Source: Candidatus Poribacteria bacterium
GTDB lineage: Bacteria > Poribacteria > WGA-4E > JAJDTR01
Direction: 5' to 3'
Length of the DNA: 64,000 bases
NCBI GenBank assembly: GCA_965222225.1
Contig: CBDCTK010000002.1
Coordinates: 1,600,001 to 1,664,000, forward strand
In this document: positions 31,148 to 42,576 of the stretch, in pieces
How positions within the stretch are numbered: the stretch's first letter is position 1
How the letters are laid out: each line of letters begins with the position of its first letter
Program-made: the position numbers and the translations under genes
The notes under the pieces: generated by a model
The model's database searches: none
What the model was told of the DNA's origin: nothing
The model's input: only the letters and a program-made list of their open reading frames with translations

Positions 31148-32477
31148 ATGTTAGAAAAATTATTCCGTTTACAAGAAGCAGGAACCACACTGAAACGTGA
31201 TATCGTAGCAGGCTGTACGACATTCGCGACACTCTCGTATATTATCTTTGTCCAACCGGCAGTGTTATCCGCGGCAGGAATGGATCCCGGCGCAGTAATG
31301 ACCGCGACATGTATCACTAGCGCATTTGCAATGGTGTTGATGGCGTTCCTCGCCAATTATCCAATTGCTCTTGCACCGGGAATGGGACACAACGTCTTTT
31401 TCACCTACACCGTTTGTGTTGCCTTGCAAGTCCCGTGGCAAACTGCACTTGGCGCTGTTTTCATTGCCGGGGCATTCTTTATTCTGTTTGCGTTTGTCGG
31501 TTTGCGGGAAAAGGTAATGGACATTCTGCCAGTTTCGTTCAGGAATGCCATTCCTGCCGGAATTGGATTACTCATCGCACTTGTGGGCTTGGAATGGTCG
31601 GGACTCATCGTTCAACACCCGGCAACCTATGTCACCCTCGGCAATCTGAAATCGCCACAGGTGCTACTATCGCTGGTCGGTATCGGCATTATGGCGGTCC
31701 TGTTTGCCTTGAACGTGCGAGGTGCTATCTTGATCGGAATTCTCGCCTCAACGGTTGTTGGACTCATTACCGGAATGGTGACATTTCAAGGCGTTGTCTC
31801 TGCTCCGCCCTCTATGGCACCGACCTTCTTCAAGCTGCAGATTCCGAACATTTTCGTACAACCTGAGCTAATCTCAATAATCGTCATATTTATCTTCCTC
31901 GATTTATTCGATACCGTTGGAACATTGATTGGGGTTACCCAACAGGCGGGGTTAATGGTCGATGGCAAGCTGCCGAAGGCACGACAAGCGCTGCTATCTG
32001 ATGCGGTTGCTACCAGTAGCGGTGCCCTGCTTGGCACATCAACGGTTACCAGCTACATTGAAAGCGCATCAGGAATTTCTGCGGGCGGCCGCACGGGTTT
32101 GACTAACATAGTAACGGCAGCCTTGATGCTGCTCGCGCTCTTCTTCCATCCGCTGATTAAAATGGTCGGAGCAGGTTATGCTGTCGGTGAAGGTACGTTC
32201 CTGTATCCTAATTATTGCTCCGGCGTTGATTATCATCGGAAGCCTTATGCTTAAGAACGTCGTCCACATCAAATGGGACGACATTACAGAGTCTCTTCCG
32301 GCATTCTTGATGTTACTGATGATGCCGCTCGCCTTCAGCATTACGGAAGGGTTTGCCTTTGGTTTTATTTCTTATGCCTTCCTGAAGTTGGTAACCGGTA
32401 AAGGGAAACAGGTACATTGGTTAATTTATCTATTCGCCATACTTTTTGTGATTCGGTATATTTGGCTGGTCGGATGA
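31148..32477 (+). pseudogene. NCS2/AzgA-type purine permease with one +1 frameshift near 32210 (possible sequencing error)
   Basis: LAPGMG and TSYIESASG..GGRTG motifs. ORFs 31148..32254 and 32178..32477 join as YP-IIAPAL if one A is removed. Confidence 0.85.
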
Positions 32478-32619
32478 TTAATAGGTTTCTCCACAGTCTC
32501 AGATGGTCGAATGAAAACAGACAGTGACCGGAATGGAGACCAGTCGTATTTCGGAAAGGCGTTGTGTAAATGAACGGGAAAAAAAGTTTCGTTAGCGCTG
32601 CCAGATTCTTAATTGGATC

Positions 32620-34338
32620 ATGAACGACAGCATCGAAGTAGCATTGCGTCGAGGCACATCTTTCTTGATGACGCAATCGCATCACGCCGGTTATTTTGAA
32701 GGTAAACTTTCCTCAAGCACGTTTCCAACGTGTGCCTACGCTTGGGTGCAATTTGCGCTGGAAAAGTTGCCGGACGCAGCGCTGATTGAGTGGTTGCTGC
32801 GTAACCAGAACCAAAATGGCACGTGGGGTCTTGATGTATCGAATCAGCCGAACCGAGAAGCAACCCTGTTTGCCAAGCTCATCTTACAACAGATTGCTGA
32901 ACGACAGCCGACGCCACAGGTTGAAACGGCATTCGCACGTATTCCTGACTACCCACTCGAATTGGCGTTAATTAAATTGGCTTACGCAGCATTCGGGCAG
33001 TCCGAATGGACTGAACTGACAATCTCCAAAAACATGCTTCCAGTGTTAACGTTAGTGCAGAAGATATCCGCTCTGTTTCCACGGCTCCGTGCTGTTTTCA
33101 ACCCGCCAACCAATGTTCTCCCGCCTGTAGACCTTTTCACCACCCCGATGTTTCAAAAACTTTTTATTGCGGAACAACACACACTTGCAGCAATTTTTCT
33201 GATGGTTGAACTCAATACAACAAAACGTGTTGAGATTGTCGATTGTCTTTTCGACTGGCTGAAAGCGCACATACTTACTGACGGCAGTTGGTTTCGTGTT
33301 AACTATATCACTGCCTTATCAAGCCTGGCGCTTATTGAGCTTCGCAAAAAGGGAGTTAGAAAAAGTGTTGAACTTGATAGGATGATTGATGAGGGCCTAT
33401 CTTGGCTAGCTTGTACTCAGAATCCCGATGGCGGGTGCCGGGAGGCACTAAATCTCAATGTATGGGACACCGCGATAAGTATCATCACGCTCATAGATGT
33501 TAATGCCACGGAGGGCGCGGATAAGCTTCGGTCCGCCGCCGGCTGGTTAGCCCAAAACCAGAATGCCGATGGAGGCTGGGCGTTTTCTGGGCTGCCCGGC
33601 GGCAACTTACCTAGTGATGCCGACGATACAGCGTTGGCATCGCTTGCCCTTCTGAAGTTGAAGCTAGCTGATTCCGATACCGCGATTCATCGAGGACTCC
33701 GCTGGCTCCGTGCCCATCAAGGACGCGATGGGAGTTGGAGTACTTATCTTCCGGGCCAAGGCGATGTTGGCTGTGTTAGCATCACTGTCCACGCAATCGA
33801 AGCGCTTATTGAAGCTGGAGGACGGGATACAGACGTTGACCGTGCCTGTAAATGGCTCAAGCGCCAAATAGCCCCGGAGGGGCGTTGGAGCGACCTCTGG
33901 CTTGCGAAGAACACCTACGGTACAGCAAATGCGATTGCGGCGCTGATTCAAGCGGGTGAACGACATTGTGAAGAGGTACACCGAGGTGTTCAATGGTTGG
34001 AAAGCGTACAAAACCACGACGGCGGATGGGGCGAAGATATGTTCGGCAACCGTACGGAAAGCACCGTAGAACAAACAGCTTGGTCTGCGGATGCCCTATT
34101 GCTTGCTAATCCTCAAAATGAGTCCGGATGGAAGGGAATAAAGTTTTTGCTTAGTCATCAGAGACTTGATGGTTCATGGAATGATAGTTGTGTCGGAATC
34201 TATTGGGAGGTAATCGGGGGATACGCAGATCCAATCAATGCGTCGGTGTTTCCGCTACGCGCATTGTATCAAGCCAAATGCGCGATGCAACATGCGAAGA
34301 GCGTTAATCTTTTTGTTGAATCAAACGAGACGGCTTGA
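32620..34338 (+). CDS. Squalene-hopene-cyclase-like class II terpene cyclase / prenyltransferase-repeat protein
   Basis: VWDTA, DADDTA catalytic-type motif and QW repeats (QNQNGTW, QNADGGW, QGRDGSW, QNHDGGWGE, QRLDGSW). Confidence 0.85.
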   Translation: MNDSIEVALRRGTSFLMTQSHHAGYFEGKLSSSTFPTCAYAWVQFALEKLPDAALIEWLLRNQNQNGTWGLDVSNQPNREATLFAKLILQQIAERQPTPQVETAFARIPDYPLELALIKLAYAAFGQSEWTELTISKNMLPVLTLVQKISALFPRLRAVFNPPTNVLPPVDLFTTPMFQKLFIAEQHTLAAIFLMVELNTTKRVEIVDCLFDWLKAHILTDGSWFRVNYITALSSLALIELRKKGVRKSVELDRMIDEGLSWLACTQNPDGGCREALNLNVWDTAISIITLIDVNATEGADKLRSAAGWLAQNQNADGGWAFSGLPGGNLPSDADDTALASLALLKLKLADSDTAIHRGLRWLRAHQGRDGSWSTYLPGQGDVGCVSITVHAIEALIEAGGRDTDVDRACKWLKRQIAPEGRWSDLWLAKNTYGTANAIAALIQAGERHCEEVHRGVQWLESVQNHDGGWGEDMFGNRTESTVEQTAWSADALLLANPQNESGWKGIKFLLSHQRLDGSWNDSCVGIYWEVIGGYADPINASVFPLRALYQAKCAMQHAKSVNLFVESNETA

Positions 34339-34357
34339 CGTTATCTCAAATGAAGAA

Positions 34358-35029
34358 ATGATCTCAGTTGTCATTCCTACCCTTAACGAAGCAGCTATCC
34401 TAGATTCTACTTTGCCTCAACTGGCAGGGCAACTTGAAGGACACGAGCTACTTGTCGTTGATGGTGGAAGCACTGATTGCACACGGAAAATTGCGAGAAG
34501 ATATGGCGAGATAATCTCTTCTAAGCGTGGGCGAGCACGCCAAATGAACACAGGCGCGGCCGCAGCCTCAGGGGCGACGCTCCTCTTCCTACATGCAGAT
34601 GTGTGGCTTGAACCGGGCGCAATTCAAGGAGTTGAAGCTGCGATTGCCGCCGGTTATGTTGGGGGGGCGTTCAAGCAGCGAATTGATGGCACACACCCCT
34701 TGTATCGCGTCATCGAATTCGCGGCGAATTTTAGGGCGCAGCGCCTGAAAGTGTTTTATGGTGACGGGGGAATCTTCGTCAGTCGCTCTCATTTTCAACA
34801 AATAGGCGGGTTTCCAAATCTCCCTCTCATGGAAGAAATCGGGTTTTCTCGTAAACTCCATCAGATCGGACGAACCACGCTTGTAAAGCCGTGCATTCAC
34901 ATATCGCCCCGAAGATGGGAACAGACTGGTATCGTGCGGACAACACTGATTAACTGGATGATTACATTCCTCTTTTGCTGCGGCGTTTCCCCATCGCGAC
35001 TTGCGAAAATGTACCGACAGATACGATAA
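34358..35029 (+). CDS. GT2 glycosyltransferase, TIGR04283-like
   Basis: SVVIPTLNE, VDGGSTD, GRARQMNTGA, LLFLHAD and SPRRW motifs. Confidence 0.88.
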   Translation: MISVVIPTLNEAAILDSTLPQLAGQLEGHELLVVDGGSTDCTRKIARRYGEIISSKRGRARQMNTGAAAASGATLLFLHADVWLEPGAIQGVEAAIAAGYVGGAFKQRIDGTHPLYRVIEFAANFRAQRLKVFYGDGGIFVSRSHFQQIGGFPNLPLMEEIGFSRKLHQIGRTTLVKPCIHISPRRWEQTGIVRTTLINWMITFLFCCGVSPSRLAKMYRQIR

Positions 35030-35079
35030 TAGTCGAGTCGGATTCTATAAGTCATTGCAACTAAGAATTATACATTTAC

Positions 35080-36326
35080 GGAATTAGTAGCTTGTAGCTT
35101 TTAGACTGACGACAAACATAAAACTTGGTACCCTGTCGTAAATCTTTTCGTCACACGTAGATGTCCATAGTGACTATTCTTCTCGTAGGAGTTTGCTATG
35201 GACATTTTGAATCTTATGAAAGAGTTTCCAAATCAAGAATCTTGTCTCAGATTTATAGAGGAAAAACGTTGGAAGGACGGTGTTTGCTGTATCCACTGTG
35301 GCAGTGAAAAAGTTGGACGCAAGAACAAAAACGACATTACTACTGGTTGGAATTGCTACGATTGTGAATCTAGCTTTTCGGCTACAGCAGGAACCATCTT
35401 CCATGGTACCAAGATACCTCTCCAGAAATGGTTTTTGGCTATCTCAATTCTTTCCAATGCCAAGAAAAGCATATCGAGTTGTCAGCTTGCTCGTGACTTG
35501 GACATGAATCAAAAGTCCGCTTGGTATATGGCAATGCGCCTCCGTGAGAAAATGAGTGATAGTGATGAATTGCTGAAAGGGATAGTTGAAGCGGACGAAA
35601 CCTATGTCGGCGGCAAACCCAGAGCAAAATCTAAGAGAGGTAGAGGCACAAATAAATCTCCCGTCATCGGCGTAGTCGAGAGAGGCGGTCGGGTGGTTGC
35701 TAAATTCATGAAGGTTCTATCTGGTGAAAATATCAGAGAATTCATCCTTAGCAATGTCTCACCCGATGAGTCTATTCTTATGACTGATGAATTTCGCTCT
35801 TACAATAGTCTGGACGAAGATATCGAAAGACATGTTATCCATCACCAAGAGAGATATGTTTCTGAGGACGGCGTAACTCACACCAACACCATCGAGTCGT
35901 TTTGGGCTTGTGTCAAGAGGTCATTCTACGGAACGCATCATCACTACAGCAAGAAGTGGCTGCCACTGTATATCATGGAGTCTTGCTGGAAATATAATCG
36001 CAGAAAAGATGATGAGATTTTCATAAGATTTTTTGATGAATGCTTCACCTGAGCCACATGAATTGTTTGGCTATCGGTATATTCTGTCAACGACAACATC
36101 ATGGTGTGCTGAAAATCCCATAGTGTTGGAAATTAAAATCCCGCAGATAACCCGCAATGCTCCCGCGAGCATGTACAAACGCTTGGTCAACATGATATGC
36201 CTCCATTTCTCTCTTATAGAGATGTATTTTAGTGTGAATCAAGATTCCGAACACTGTCTAAAGTTATTGTACATTAAGAAGAGAAAAGCAAGCAAATCGA
36301 CCAAAAAGCAGTTAACTACTAAGTCC
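35080..36326 (+). mobile_element. IS1595-family insertion sequence (ends tentative)
   Basis: Imperfect IR: GGAATTAGTAGCTTGTAGCTTTT versus reverse complement GGACTTAGTAGTTAACTGCTTTT around the transposase. No clear target duplication. Confidence 0.55.
35198..36052 (+). CDS. IS1595-family transposase
   Basis: Zn ribbon (CIHC, CYDC), GTIFHGTK, VEADETYVGG, MTDE and HTNTIESFW motifs. Confidence 0.93.
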   Translation: MDILNLMKEFPNQESCLRFIEEKRWKDGVCCIHCGSEKVGRKNKNDITTGWNCYDCESSFSATAGTIFHGTKIPLQKWFLAISILSNAKKSISSCQLARDLDMNQKSAWYMAMRLREKMSDSDELLKGIVEADETYVGGKPRAKSKRGRGTNKSPVIGVVERGGRVVAKFMKVLSGENIREFILSNVSPDESILMTDEFRSYNSLDEDIERHVIHHQERYVSEDGVTHTNTIESFWACVKRSFYGTHHHYSKKWLPLYIMESCWKYNRRKDDEIFIRFFDECFT

Positions 36327-36393
36327 CAATCATTATCTTCCCCGCGGCGAAACTGAAGAAGATCTTGAGATTAGAGAGGCATTTCAAATTAGC

Positions 36394-38564
36394 TTGGACG
36401 TGCCGCTCGTCGGTGAATACGACGAATTAAACAAGGTGTGGGAGGAACGGTTGAGGCCAAACTTACCTAAAATCGCGCAGCGGTTGCTTGAGCGGGTAAT
36501 CAGGTGTCTGGAGAATCAGTATTTCTTTCATCGCACATTTGGACGGGCCACTCGCTTGTTAGAGCGTGCTAGTACACTACGCTCTGCCATCGAATCTCAC
36601 GACCAAAATGTAAGGGCCACGACACCGATGTGGTGATTGATGTTGCACGTGAGTGCCTGGACTGGTTGGCGACGCATGAACCAAACGTAGCGGCGCAGTG
36701 GTGTAATCGGCTTGCGAAATCCGACTCACCCTTGCAACGACGGTTGGCAGTACATAGCTTGTCCAAACGCAAAGACCTCACCCCAGACAAAAAGATCCAA
36801 TGGTTGCTAGAAAATATTGATTTGCACGAATACTCTATTCACCACGAAGTATATCAGGCCGTACGACACGCCTATCCTAGAGCTAGTGTGGACTGTCGAA
36901 TGGCTCTCATTGAAAGGGTGCAATCTTACCAATTTCCACACGCAGAACACCCGGACAATAGGGAACTTACGGCAAAAGAACAATTCGACTGGTTTCATTG
37001 GCTACACATCGCAAAACTCGATTGTTCATTTGCCAAACAAGCTATGGACGAAGTATTGATGGAGTACCCGAACTTCACAACAAGAGGACTTAGAGAATAT
37101 CCCGAATTTACATCTTACATCCAATCAGGCCATGTGGATATACCTAGCCCCTTGACCCTGGAGGACCTTCCGGCAACTCCTACTGCCGATTCGATAACCC
37201 AGTTTTCGCCGCGCGAAGGTGCAACACTCAGGGAAGAAATTGAGAATCTCAAGGAAAGGATAAAACAAGATTTTGACGAGGGGCTGAATGTAGCGAACAC
37301 GTTGGCTGAAGCGGGGCAATGGGACGGTTACCAATGGCGTGTTTTGATTAACACTTGGACAGAAATGGAATTGGACTTAAATAAACACAGACAAGTGCTA
37401 AAGTGGTTTGCAAAGACGGAGTTGTATTCAAAATATAGTTACGAAATAGCCGACTGGCTTTACGCACTTGTGAAGGATGGTGGACTTTCCTATGCGTTTG
37501 GCCTGCTGCCCGAAGCTAACGCAATCGCTGTAGCACTATGGCAAAACCTTGACCGAACTGTCTCTATTGACGCAAAACAAGGTTGGCACAATCAGAGTGT
37601 CCAATATCCGGTATGGGGACTGACCCATTTTTGGCTCGCCTCAGCTTCGCTCTGGCGGCAGCAACAGGATCCGAAACCGCCAACCCTTAGTGAAGATTAT
37701 CGCCGCTTTTTGCTAGAAATCATCAGAGATTCGTCGCCGATCGGTGGCTTAGGAAAGTCTATTCTAGCGAGTCGATTAGCCTTTCTCTTGGCAGTCGATG
37801 AAGAATGGACGCGAGAACACCTCCTCCCGCTTTTTGACCTAGACAATGCAGACTTCCAGGCAGCGTGGGATGGCTTCGTAACGGAGGGACGCATTTCACC
37901 ACCCGCCGCCGAAGCACTGGAGCAACTGTTTCTCAAGGCAGTTACTCGGATTAGCACCCAGCTATACAATCAACGCTATGAGTTCGTTGAATGCTATATC
38001 GTCATGCTCATATATGTCGTCGATGAGGTCCTCAGTAAATGGATTCCCCAACTTTTCGAGCACGACCAACCCCTGCCTGTAAATAGTGAACGTACGCTCC
38101 TACGCGGTGACGATCACACGATTCCGGAGATTATTGCTTTGAAACTCACGAAATGTCTAAAGCACATGGATGACAGCGAAAAGCAAGAATTGTGGCAACG
38201 CTGGCTTAAAGATTATTGGCAGGATCGGTTAAACGGGAAACCCGCGCCGCTTACACCCGACGAAGCTAACCTCATGCTCGACTGGTTGCCAGAGTTGAAC
38301 ACAAAATTCCCAGAAGCCGTGGATCTTGCTATCAACATGCCGCCGCCTTCGTTGAAACATGCGAGGATTTTTGCTTGTCTCGTCACAAATGAAACTTGGC
38401 AGAATCACCCAGAAGCTGTAGCAAAGCTGTTGCTTTATTTGTGGGATTGCAATATACCGAACCACCGTCACAGTGCAGTGCTGACGATTATTGTTGCGCT
38501 CCTAGAGTTGAATATCTCGTCAGAACTTAAACAAAAATTAGAGGAGATAAAAATCCAGCTCTAG
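36394..38564 (+). pseudogene. N-terminally truncated, frameshifted large protein resembling SIR2/DUF4020-type proteins
   Basis: Two ORFs join by a frameshift near 36615. The C-terminus WQRWLKDYWQDRLNGKPAPL...MLDWLPEL...FPEAV resembles DUF4020 from recall. The 5' part is missing next to the IS. Confidence 0.6.
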
Positions 38565-38609
38565 CGACCAATGGGTACAGTCTCAACCTGAGTTATAACC
38601 ATTCTTCAA

Positions 38610-38650
38610 AAAGAACGCCGACAAGCTATCAAGACCTGCCGGCGTTCTTT
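38610..38650. terminator. Hairpin, probable intrinsic terminator
   Basis: AAAGAACGCCG...CGGCGTTCTTT inverted repeat just after the 38564 stop. Confidence 0.55.
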
Positions 38651-38776
38651 CCTAGCATTCGGGCATGGAGGAAACCGGTCGCCAAGCGCTTAGAACCGAA
38701 AAGACAATATCGTGTCTAGTTGGTTACACCAAGCGATAGGATCGATTCCTACAATGAACTGTCGCACGCCACGTCG

Positions 38777-39085
38777 TTATACGCCGCCAGAGCCGAAAAT
38801 CTCCAAAACCCCGTCCTTGACCATCAGCACGACCGGCTCATAAAGCGCCTCGCCGTTGGGATCGAAAGAGAATAGCCCCAAATTGGTATCTAGGTTTCCC
38901 ACCGTCGCCAAAGCGTCAAGTAGGATTGAGCAGCCCACGGGTCCGGTTCGATGCCGTATGCCCCTCGTTAACGTTCAACGAAGACTTGATTTAACGGATT
39001 GTCCGACGTGCTAGACCAACTCACAAAGGTAATCGCCCCTTCCGCTGCCTCACCCGCTAGTTGCACTTCATTCATAGATATTTCA
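38777..39085 (-). pseudogene. C-terminal remnant of a branched-chain amino-acid ABC substrate-binding (LivJ-like) protein
   Basis: AGEAAEGAITF, FVER*RGAYG..PDPWAAQSY and LGLFSFDPNGEA...VKDG fragments with a stop and a deletion. Confidence 0.7.
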
Positions 39086-39275
39086 GGAATGCCATATAGT
39101 GCTGCAATTCGGATTGAGACCGAGATTCGAAAGTCGACAAGCCACGGATTGTTCCTTATCGACAATTGCAGATGGTCGGTTGGGTTTTACCCGTCAACCC
39201 TACCTACGAATCCGCGCCTGTCTTTAAGATTGGAGAATTCCCTTCCAATCTTCCCTCCCTTCCATCCTTCCATTC

Positions 39276-40334
39276 CTAAGTCTTCGACTGCTCCGGGAAT
39301 GCTCTGCGAATATCGTAACGTCCCTCTTCGAGCACCGGGAGTGTGCCATCTTCAATCATCAACTCGAGAGGAGATTCTTTGGTCTCCAGCGGCATGGTGA
39401 TCACATTTTTGATACGCAGCGACTCGTAAATTGCCATCATGATTTCCATGGTATACCGCGCCTGTCGTCCGCTACTTCGGTGGTCAGCAGTCTTTCCCTC
39501 CATCCAATCGATTAATGCTTGGAACTGATTAGTTTCCTCGGCACGTGGTTCTATCTCCGTCCATCCGCTGGCTTTGTCAGTTTGAAGCAAAGTGACACCA
39601 CCTTCCCCGCTTCTTATTTGCCCGGTAGTGCCGTAAATGGCAGATCCGGGGATAGCGGGTTCGGGCAAATCGCTCTCGTATATTGCCCTTGCACCACCTT
39701 CAAAGCAGATAAGCCCCATGCACAAATCTTCACAACGGGTGCGCCGTTCCCACTTGTCGGTCGTGCGCGATGTTTGCCCAATGACCCACAGCGTTTCCGG
39801 GTCTGATAATTGGTAACGAGTGCAATCAATGTAGTGCGTACCGATATTAAGCAGCCCAGCGCTAGGCTTAGAGCGTCCATGAAACAAAGTTGGTTCTCCG
39901 ATAGCACCGTCTTGGATAAGCCTTCGGATTTCGGTGTTTTTCGCCGAGTAACGGCTTTGATGCCCGATGGCAAGTTTGGCATCATGCTTTTCGCACGCTT
40001 CAATCATGGCATCGGCTTCGCCTAGGCATGCCGCCATCGGTTTTTCGCCTAAAATCCCTTTTACACCCGATTCTGCGGCAGCTATGGTAATCTCGGCGCG
40101 CACGCCTTGCCAAGTTGCAATGCTCACAATGTCCAAGTCTTCCTTTTCCAGCAGTTCGTTGTAGTCGGTATAAACTGCCGGTATGGAGAATTATTGGGAC
40201 AGCTTGGCAGCCGATTCCCTACTGATGTCCATGGCTGCAACGAGTGTTGTTGCCGGGTTTTGGGCATAAGCCTTTGCGTGATTTCTGCTCATACCTCCGC
40301 AACCGATGATCCCAACACGATATGGTTTAGTCAT
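39276..40334 (-). pseudogene. Gfo/Idh/MocA oxidoreductase with premature TAA at 40191-40193
   Basis: MTKPYRVGIIGCGGMS...SQ*FSIP is in frame with the 39276..40136 ORF (GEKPM). Confidence 0.85.
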
Positions 40335-40517
40335 GAGACTAGCCTTTCTTTTTAACCTTGTAATAAGTGTGCTGCCGCCAGCCTGCGGCGCATTTTGCGA
40401 CAGTGCACCGGCACGGCAGCGGCTTCAGCATTGGGGCTGTTATTCAAAACTTTGCCCTAGACGGTTTTCCCAGGCTATGCTACAATGTCGGCATATTAGT
40501 AACCTAGGGGGAAGACA

Positions 40518-41276
40518 ATGAAACTTGGTTTAGTGACATATAATATGGCGAAAGAGTGGGATATTCCAACAATCATCGAACACTGCGAAGCTACCGGTTT
40601 TCAGGGCGTGGAATTGCGAACCACTCATGCGCACAATGTCGAGGTTAACCTTTCTGCAGCGGAACGCCGCGATGTGCGCAAACAGTTTGAAGATAGCTCA
40701 ATTGAACTTGCCGGCTTGGGCAGCGCTTTTGAATACCACTCACCTGATAGCGACGAACTCCGACAAAATATTGAGGGAACCAAGGTGTATTCCCAACTTG
40801 CGGCGGATGTCGGAGCGCCCGGTGTAAAGGTGCGCCCGAACGGTTTACCCGACAGCGTACCAGAGCAAACCATGTTGGAGCAGATTGGGTACTCTCTACG
40901 CGAGTGCGGGGAATTCGCGAAAAACATTGGCGTACAAATACGCCTTGAAGTACACGGCAGGCAAACCTCTCATCTCCCGCATATCCGTACAATTATGGAG
41001 ATTGCCGACCGCGACAATGTATCCGTTTGTTGGAATTCCAACCCTGGCGAAGTTGCAAACGGCTCGGTCAAGAGCAACTTTGATTTGGTTAAGAACTGGA
41101 TTCGGTTAGTCCACATCAATGAGTTGCATCGCAGAGAATATCCGTGGCGTGAACTATTTTCGATGCTAAAAGATTCAAGCTATGATGGCTACTGTCTAGC
41201 CGAAATTCCGGGTAGCCCTGATCCTGAACGTGTCATGAATTACTATCGCGCACTATGGACAGCTTTGTGCGAATGA
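40518..41276 (+). CDS. Sugar phosphate isomerase/epimerase (xylose-isomerase-like TIM barrel)
   Basis: GFQGVELR, LEVHG and VHINE motifs. Confidence 0.85.
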   Translation: MKLGLVTYNMAKEWDIPTIIEHCEATGFQGVELRTTHAHNVEVNLSAAERRDVRKQFEDSSIELAGLGSAFEYHSPDSDELRQNIEGTKVYSQLAADVGAPGVKVRPNGLPDSVPEQTMLEQIGYSLRECGEFAKNIGVQIRLEVHGRQTSHLPHIRTIMEIADRDNVSVCWNSNPGEVANGSVKSNFDLVKNWIRLVHINELHRREYPWRELFSMLKDSSYDGYCLAEIPGSPDPERVMNYYRALWTALCE

Positions 41277-42576
41277 ACTAAGGAGCAATTCGTCCCTCAT
41301 GACGGTCGCCCCGAGCCCCGTACTGAGTTAACCACCAGGCTGCATGTCTCGTTAGAACCGTACTTGCTGTCGCGATCACGCCCACCCTTGGCTTTTACCA
41401 CCGACGCGGACTTTACTAATCTTCTCAAAATAACCGCTTTTTCGATACGCCGTCAGTGGATCCGGATCCCGACCCATCTCTAACCGCACTTGTTCGAGAA
41501 GCGGACGGACATCCGTCTCGTAGGCGCGCTGCAAAACGCGTTCAGCATCAATAATCTCGCCCGCTTCTTGTGCTTGAGTTAGCTCTTCTCGGTCAACAAT
41601 CAACGCCCGCGCATACGCGGTTTGCAAATTGCAGACGGATTGTATACTCGCCTCTACTTTTGGCTTCAGATTGTGACTCTGATCGATCATGTAAGCAATA
41701 TCGGTATTTGTATCCGGATCCAGTTCCGCCGCCACCAGTTCCGTATAAATGAGAAAAAGTTCTTGTGGATTTACAGATCCGACAGTGAGATCGTCGTCGG
41801 CAAATTTTCGACAGTTAAAGTGGAATCCACCGAGCTTGCCCTCGTCAATCAGGTACGCAACGATGAACTCAATATTTGTTCCCTGCGGATGATGCCCGAG
41901 GTCGATTAATACTTGCGCCTTAGGGCCTAGCTTCGTTGCCATAACGTACGCCGTACCCCAGTCAGCAAGGTCGGTGTGGTAAAACGCCGGCTCAAAGAAC
42001 TTATACTCGATAAGCATACGCCCATCTTCAGGTAGAGCCTCGTAAACTTCACGGAAGGACTCATACAACCAACGTTTGCGTTTTCGAAAGTCTGCTTGAC
42101 CGGGGAAATTGGTACCGTCGGCAAGCCAGAGACTCAACAACTTTGAGTCCAGATTCTTCATGATTTCGACACAGTATAGCATATGGTCTGTTGCTAACCG
42201 GCGGATAGCTGAATCATGATGGCAGACGCTTCCCAGCTTATACTCTTGTGCTTGAAAGACATTCGGATTAATTGCCCCGATACCGATACCGAGTTCGCTC
42301 GCATACTGTTTCATTCCATCCCAGTCATCCGTTTCATCCCATGGAATATGTAGGGCAACCGTCGGTGCAATTCCGGTGAATCGATGGACAGTCGCGGCAT
42401 CCTCTAGACGTTCATGCACATTAGGCGCCGCCCCGAGCTGCTGGAAAACACCGAATCGCGTTCCCGAATTTCCATATCCCCACGACGGTGTTTCAATATG
42501 TTGCTGCTTGAGTAAATCTTTGACCGCTTCAATCCGAACGCCCTGTTTGTCCAAATCTTCCGCCAATAGATTGTAT

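Noticed and set aside
35050-35075. GTCATTGCAACTAAGAATTATACAT as an alternative IS1595 left end
   Set aside because: No matching inverted partner found in the window.
39225-39278. CTTCC-rich tract (CCTTCCAATCTTCCCTCCCTTCCATCCTTCC)
   Set aside because: Low-complexity sequence with no defined unit or function supportable here.
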